NCBI GenBank assembly: GCA_963835065.1
Contig: CAWIEK010000044.1
Span: 32,001 to 96,000 of the forward strand
Reading direction: 5' to 3'
Length of the DNA: 64,000 bases
Origin: an uncultured Chthonomonadaceae bacterium
Lineage (GTDB): Bacteria; Armatimonadota; Chthonomonadetes; Chthonomonadales; Chthonomonadaceae
Below are positions 59,603 to 64,000 of this stretch, one piece after another. A program made the translations under genes and the position numbers. Each line of letters opens with the position of its first letter. Within the stretch, counting starts at the first letter, position 1. The notes beneath the pieces are model-generated. The model did no database searches. It saw only the letters and a program-made list of their open reading frames with translations, and had not been told where the DNA came from.

Positions 59603-62108
59603 TCAATTGAAGGAAATATGCAGATCGCCGACAACGCCCTCTTTGAAGTTCAGCTTGATGCTGTAACCGGCGGAAGGGTCGTCCACGTCATTGGGCGTGA
59701 CCACAACGCCGTCTTCTTTCAGCGGGCCGGGGAACGCATTGACGGTCTTGCCCAGCGGATCGTACCAGCCCTTGTTGCCGCCGTCCACATACAGCAGAAT
59801 TTCCGCGATAAGCGCTTCCATTTCCTCCTGCGTGGGCAGCGCGCCGCCTTCAAACGCTTGATACGCCAGCAGCAGGCGGCGCAGATACACCTCCTGCCGG
59901 TAGTGGTGAATCATGCGATAGCGATAGCCGGAGCCGATGTCCACGCGATACAGCGTGCGCGGCGCGACAATCGCAGGGTTTTTGCCGGCAACATGCCGAA
60001 ATACGAGAAACGACTGATCCACGCCCGAAAACTGCGAATAGATGTCGTCGCCGGTAAACTCGTCGAGCGGTACGCGGGTCTGCGCGAATATGGGATGGGC
60101 GGTAACATCTACGGCAATACCGGGCAGTCTCGGGTTCACCTGTTGCTGCATTTTGGAAATAGCCTGCAGCACTTTGGGCTGGTCATTCGCCATGATGCGT
60201 CCCGCCGCGACATAGCAGGCGCGCACGGCAACGGGCGGCACTTCCACCGCTACCTCGCGCCCGTCCGCCACCTTGCCCGTGATCAGTACGCCGTCCGGGG
60301 GCAGGCACAGGAAATCGGGCGCGCACAAAATGCCGGAAACCGCCCACGACTGCCCCACAACGTCGTCCACGCAGTAATCGTTTTGTACGCCTTCCACAAC
60401 GACTTTTTTCGCCCGCCCGGAAATCAGCCTTTCTTCGGGCGAGAACAGTACTTGAAAGCCGCACTCATAGCCCAGTTCCATCAGGCCCATCACTTCGGCT
60501 GCGCCCGCCACGCGCCCAAACCCGCCGAACTGCTCGATGCGCTCGTGGCGCAGTTTCTCGATGCGCGCGTCCAACTGGATATGGTCATCCTCGACCTCGG
60601 CCTCTGTGGTACGCTGGTAATCCTCTTCAAAGTTGCCGCCCCGGATGCGCCCCTCGCCGGGGGGAGTCGGTTCCTGGCCGAGGAAGGGAGCGACATGCGG
60701 CACAATCGCAAAGGAAATGGCGTCCTGGTACTGGTTGCCAGCCTGGTGGCATGCGCGGCGCATGTAGTAGACAAGCTCTTCCTGATAGATTTGCCACAGG
60801 TCGGTCAGTTCGCCGTTGGCGACGATAAGTTCCGGCTGTATGCCCATGACGTCCGGCGGAAACTCGTTGAAGAGAGAATAAACTCCCATAATCGTTTCAA
60901 ACAGAGGAATCACTTCGCGGAGGAAGCTTTGTACGCCCTTGCTGTACACGCCAAGAAAATCGTCATGCGCTTTCGCCAATTCCTGCGCGTCGAATTTGTA
61001 GGTGATTCCATCCGGGCCGGTCAGACCTTTGGCAAGTTCTTTGGGATCGTTGAGGACGACGGCAAGCAGGTTTCCTACAACCGGGTCAATCTTCTTCAGA
61101 CGCACCATCTCGCTCATGAAGCTGCCGACAACGGCGGGAAGCTGGGCTTTTCTGTCCTTGATGGTAGCGATTTCGCTCAGGTCGCGCTTTGCCAGGGGCT
61201 TGCTTTCCAGCGCGTTGCGCAGGGGAACCAGTTCCGTGCTTCCCGTGCGGGTGGCCGCGCCCGCGCCGATGGCCTTGCGCGTGGGCGGCGGCAATTTGGG
61301 AATGTCTTCGACGCTCAGGCGGCCATTGGTTCCGATGGTCAGGAACAAATTTTGATCGCTTGATTGACCGCTGCCCCCACTCGGCCCGACCATAGATTTG
61401 TAAGATTCCAGCAGCGCGTGTTCCGCGATGGCTGTGGTGCGCAGTTGATCGGACAGCGCGTTTTCCAGTTCGGACTTGCGCCGCTCAAAGGCTTCCAGCG
61501 AACGCTGGATGTCCTTGTTCATCTTCACTTCGCCGCTGGAATCTTCGGCCCGCTTCATTTCGATCAGCAGTTTTTCCAACTGGGCATGCAGCGTCTGCAT
61601 GGACTTTTTCACCAAGCCGTACTGTACGCTGGGCTTGAAGCCAAACAGCGCTTCGTCAATGTTGACCCGATCCGCGCCCTGACGCAAACGCACCCGATTG
61701 CTGATAAGGTCGCGCAGCGAACGGATGAAGGGATGGGAACTCGTTGATGAGTATCTTGGTCCAGCCCGGCCCGCCTTCCAGCGAGAACTCATAATGCGGA
61801 AGTTCATCAAGGGAGTAGACCTGGCCTTCCGCGTCTTCGGTCGTGATTTGCCCACCCGCCCGTAGGCGATAAAAAAAAGCGGGCTGCATCTTGTCCATGA
61901 ACTCTTTGAAAGAATGGACAGCCAGTTCTTTCTTGACTTTGTCTCGAAATTGCGTCCACGTCATCAAGCCGGACTGCAAATAGGCCAGCATATCTTCCAG
62001 GCGTGGCGCATCTATGGACAAGTTGACGGAGGTAAACAAAATGGCGCGGCTGGTGTTGGGCTGCATGGTCTGATTGACAAATTGCAGCGTTTTACGATTA
62101 ATGGGCAT
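59603..62108 (-). CDS. Large divergent sheath-like protein (TssC-like C-terminal half); split by a one-base frameshift near 61738
   Basis: Removing one base joins ...KILINE to SHPFIRSL..., giving 834 aa; FAIVP, YVAAGRI, APRTLY and terminal YSIKLNF resemble sheath/TssC motifs; first gene, upstream of the tube. Confidence 0.55.
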
Positions 62109-62601
62109 GTCGAACTTTCTCCCGGAATGTGACTGTTTGTTTTACCTGCATTGTTCTAGTGACGTAGAATACACCACTCGTGTTCCGTCTATCGCCATAA
62201 AAAGTAGATATTGAATGATCATCTTTGCAAGATGAGCGTCAACTTCACAAATTGATAAATATGATCAGATGGATGAGGCGCAAAGCGGTTTTAGGCCAGC
62301 GAAATTGGAGGATCTGCTGAATTTAAGAGAGTGTTCTACCCTAACCAACCTGACAGGCGAAAAGTTCTGTTGCGGTTCCCAATCTGGCGCGATTTTAAGA
62401 AAATTTTATTCAAACCACAGAGGAAAAGCATATCCAGTCGGTCAATCTATATCCACGCCCTGTTACTTTCAACAGCCTGCCCGGGCGCAAACGATTTTCC
62501 CATACTCTGTTACATCTTCCAATGGTCAAGGCATGTTAGATAAATGCAACCAAATGGATTGTGTAAAAATATTCCTGAGCAACTATCCCGGAGGTCGTTC
62601 C

Positions 62602-63879
62602 ATGCCAAAGTATACACACATGGTTTGTTTGGTTGGCGAGAATCCTCTGCCTATCTGGTTGGGAATTCACCAGTTTATGCCATCGAAGCAAGAAACGGCC
62701 AACATAGAAGCAAAGCCGATTGTCCGTCTCGTCTACTCAAGTCAAACCAAGAAGGTCGCTGAACACCTGCAAAAACAGTTGCAGCATGAAAGCGATAGTG
62801 GTCTGCACGAGATTAGATGCTTATTCGATGCCGATGGCGAACTCAAAGAAGCCTTTTCACCACAGGCAATGAGGGAGACGTTGAAAAAGCTGAATGGCGA
62901 GAACCTTAGTGATCTTGACGATTATGCGTTGAACTACACCGGTGGCACAAAGGTTATGGCTGCCTACTTTCTCCACGACTGGATGACGACCGGACGCAGT
63001 GACCGCGCATTCTATCTACAAGAAACAAACGGGCAATTTCACTTTGATAGCGGCACCCCATATCCACTTAAGCCAACTATTAGAGAGTTGACACTTGACA
63101 CTCTCGAAAGACTTCACGGCGCTAATCCGCATTCGTTGCGCCCCAATGTGCCCTGTAACAAACAAGATTGTGTGAATTTTTATAATGCACATCAAAGCGG
63201 CGAGTTGGCAAAAATCAAGAAGAAGTCATCTGATAAGTGGAACCCACTAGAACCTTCAATTCCTTACTTTCATGCCCAAGTTGAAAGTGAAGGAACTTGG
63301 AGAGGGGAGAGTGAATGGGCGCAAATTTTTACACTACTCACCGACAATGCGCGTACGCAATGGCAGCAATCTATCTTCTATTCTGATGACACAAAGCAAA
63401 AGCTCAGTGAAGAACTCAAGGAGCAGTTCCGCTTTGCCTTTAAGAATGAGTGGCTGGAATGGCTTGTCATGTTCTGGCTGAAAGAAGTATTGCCTGACAG
63501 TAAAGTTACCACTGGCAAGAAGTTCAAAATTGAAGGCCAAGAGTTTGAAGCAGATGCGCTGGTGGTTCACAAGAATCGTCTTTATTACTTCTCTGTCACT
63601 ACCAAATTGAAGCCCGATGAGTGTAAAGAGAAAATGTTCGAGGCTATACACCGCTCGCGGCAGTTGGGTGGTGGATTAGCGCGTTCTTGTACCATTTGCC
63701 TGGCAGATGAATACGATGATTACGAGAGCGGCAAAAAGGTGGATACAGTTTCAGCAATTCGTAAATCTCTCACGAGCAGCGATAAAATCGGGAACCACAC
63801 CATCTTTGGACTTAAAGAGATCACTAAATGGCTAACTGATGAAAACATCGAAGATATGGAAACTTTCATCAATCAATAG
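62602..63879 (+). CDS. CARF-domain PD-(D/E)XK nuclease (Card1/Can2-like CRISPR ancillary effector)
   Basis: LVGENPLP, LNYTGGTKVM (CARF); WLEWLV...FEADAL...YFSVT...RQLGG; GGAGG RBS before ATG 62602. Confidence 0.8.
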   Translation: MPKYTHMVCLVGENPLPIWLGIHQFMPSKQETANIEAKPIVRLVYSSQTKKVAEHLQKQLQHESDSGLHEIRCLFDADGELKEAFSPQAMRETLKKLNGENLSDLDDYALNYTGGTKVMAAYFLHDWMTTGRSDRAFYLQETNGQFHFDSGTPYPLKPTIRELTLDTLERLHGANPHSLRPNVPCNKQDCVNFYNAHQSGELAKIKKKSSDKWNPLEPSIPYFHAQVESEGTWRGESEWAQIFTLLTDNARTQWQQSIFYSDDTKQKLSEELKEQFRFAFKNEWLEWLVMFWLKEVLPDSKVTTGKKFKIEGQEFEADALVVHKNRLYYFSVTTKLKPDECKEKMFEAIHRSRQLGGGLARSCTICLADEYDDYESGKKVDTVSAIRKSLTSSDKIGNHTIFGLKEITKWLTDENIEDMETFINQ

Positions 63880-63893
63880 AGAGGATTTCTGGT

Positions 63894-64000
63894 ATGGCAT
63901 TGGATAGTGACGGAGTAAATTCGGCCTATATCTCCTTCGATGTAGATCGTATCAAGGAGTTTGTATTCGCCGGACAGCGCCCTCTCGACATTACTGGAGC
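63894..64000 (+). CDS. cas10: Probable Cas10/Cmr2 N-terminus (partial, runs off the window)
   Basis: MALDSDGVNSAYISFDVDRIKEFVFAGQRPLDITGA matches the DxxxIxxFVF...LxxIxGA(S) start of HD-less Cas10; follows a CARF gene. Confidence 0.65.
   Translation, partial: MALDSDGVNSAYISFDVDRIKEFVFAGQRPLDITG

Larger units (their letters stand above)
45474..62108 (-). other. Divergent T6SS-like operon
   Basis: Sheath-like, Hcp-like, VgrG, Eag, PAAR-toxin, immunity, TssF/G/K-like and membrane-protein genes, all on the minus strand. Confidence 0.8.

Noticed and set aside
59618..61363. 581 aa plus-strand ORF
   Set aside because: Antisense shadow of the sheath-like gene; no motifs
62269..62601. N-terminal 111 codons of the CARF ORF
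   Set aside because: The CARF motif starts right after ATG 62602, which has a GGAGG RBS; the upstream part looks non-coding

Overview
GC-rich bacterial chromosome segment. The lineage is not determinable with certainty; Armatimonadota-like is only a guess from gene content. (1) 1-10.4 kb: a Ser/Thr phospho-signalling cluster (J-domain-FHA protein, vWA protein, Zn-ribbon double-FHA protein, PP2C, membrane kinase with TPR), with one PIN toxin-antitoxin pair inside it and a putative ART-like pair beside it. (2) 10.5-23.9 kb: metallophosphoesterase, DHS-like protein, GT4, sugar transferase, tRNA-Pro(CGG), a STAND-WD40 protein and two beta-propeller proteins. (3) 24.4-45.4 kb (+): a capsid-less contractile-tail operon (eCIS/tailocin-like) with an Rhs gene inside the structural module. 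(4) 45.5-62.1 kb (-): a convergently transcribed, highly divergent T6SS-like operon. It encodes a large sheath-like protein, Hcp-like tube, VgrG-HExxH peptidase, Eag chaperone, prePAAR/PAAR-EndoU toxin with immunity gene, TssF/G/K-like proteins and three unknown membrane proteins. No TssJLM, TssA, TssE, separate TssB or ClpV is recognisable. (5) 62.6-64 kb: a CARF-nuclease gene followed by the probable start of cas10 (type III CRISPR-Cas). The best candidate for an undescribed system is the non-canonical T6SS-like operon and its tail-to-tail pairing with a second contractile system. Heptamer tandem repeats form long hairpins between genes and in-frame insertions within genes. Three single-base frameshifts are probably assembly errors. 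All family calls come from motif reading and recall, not database searches.
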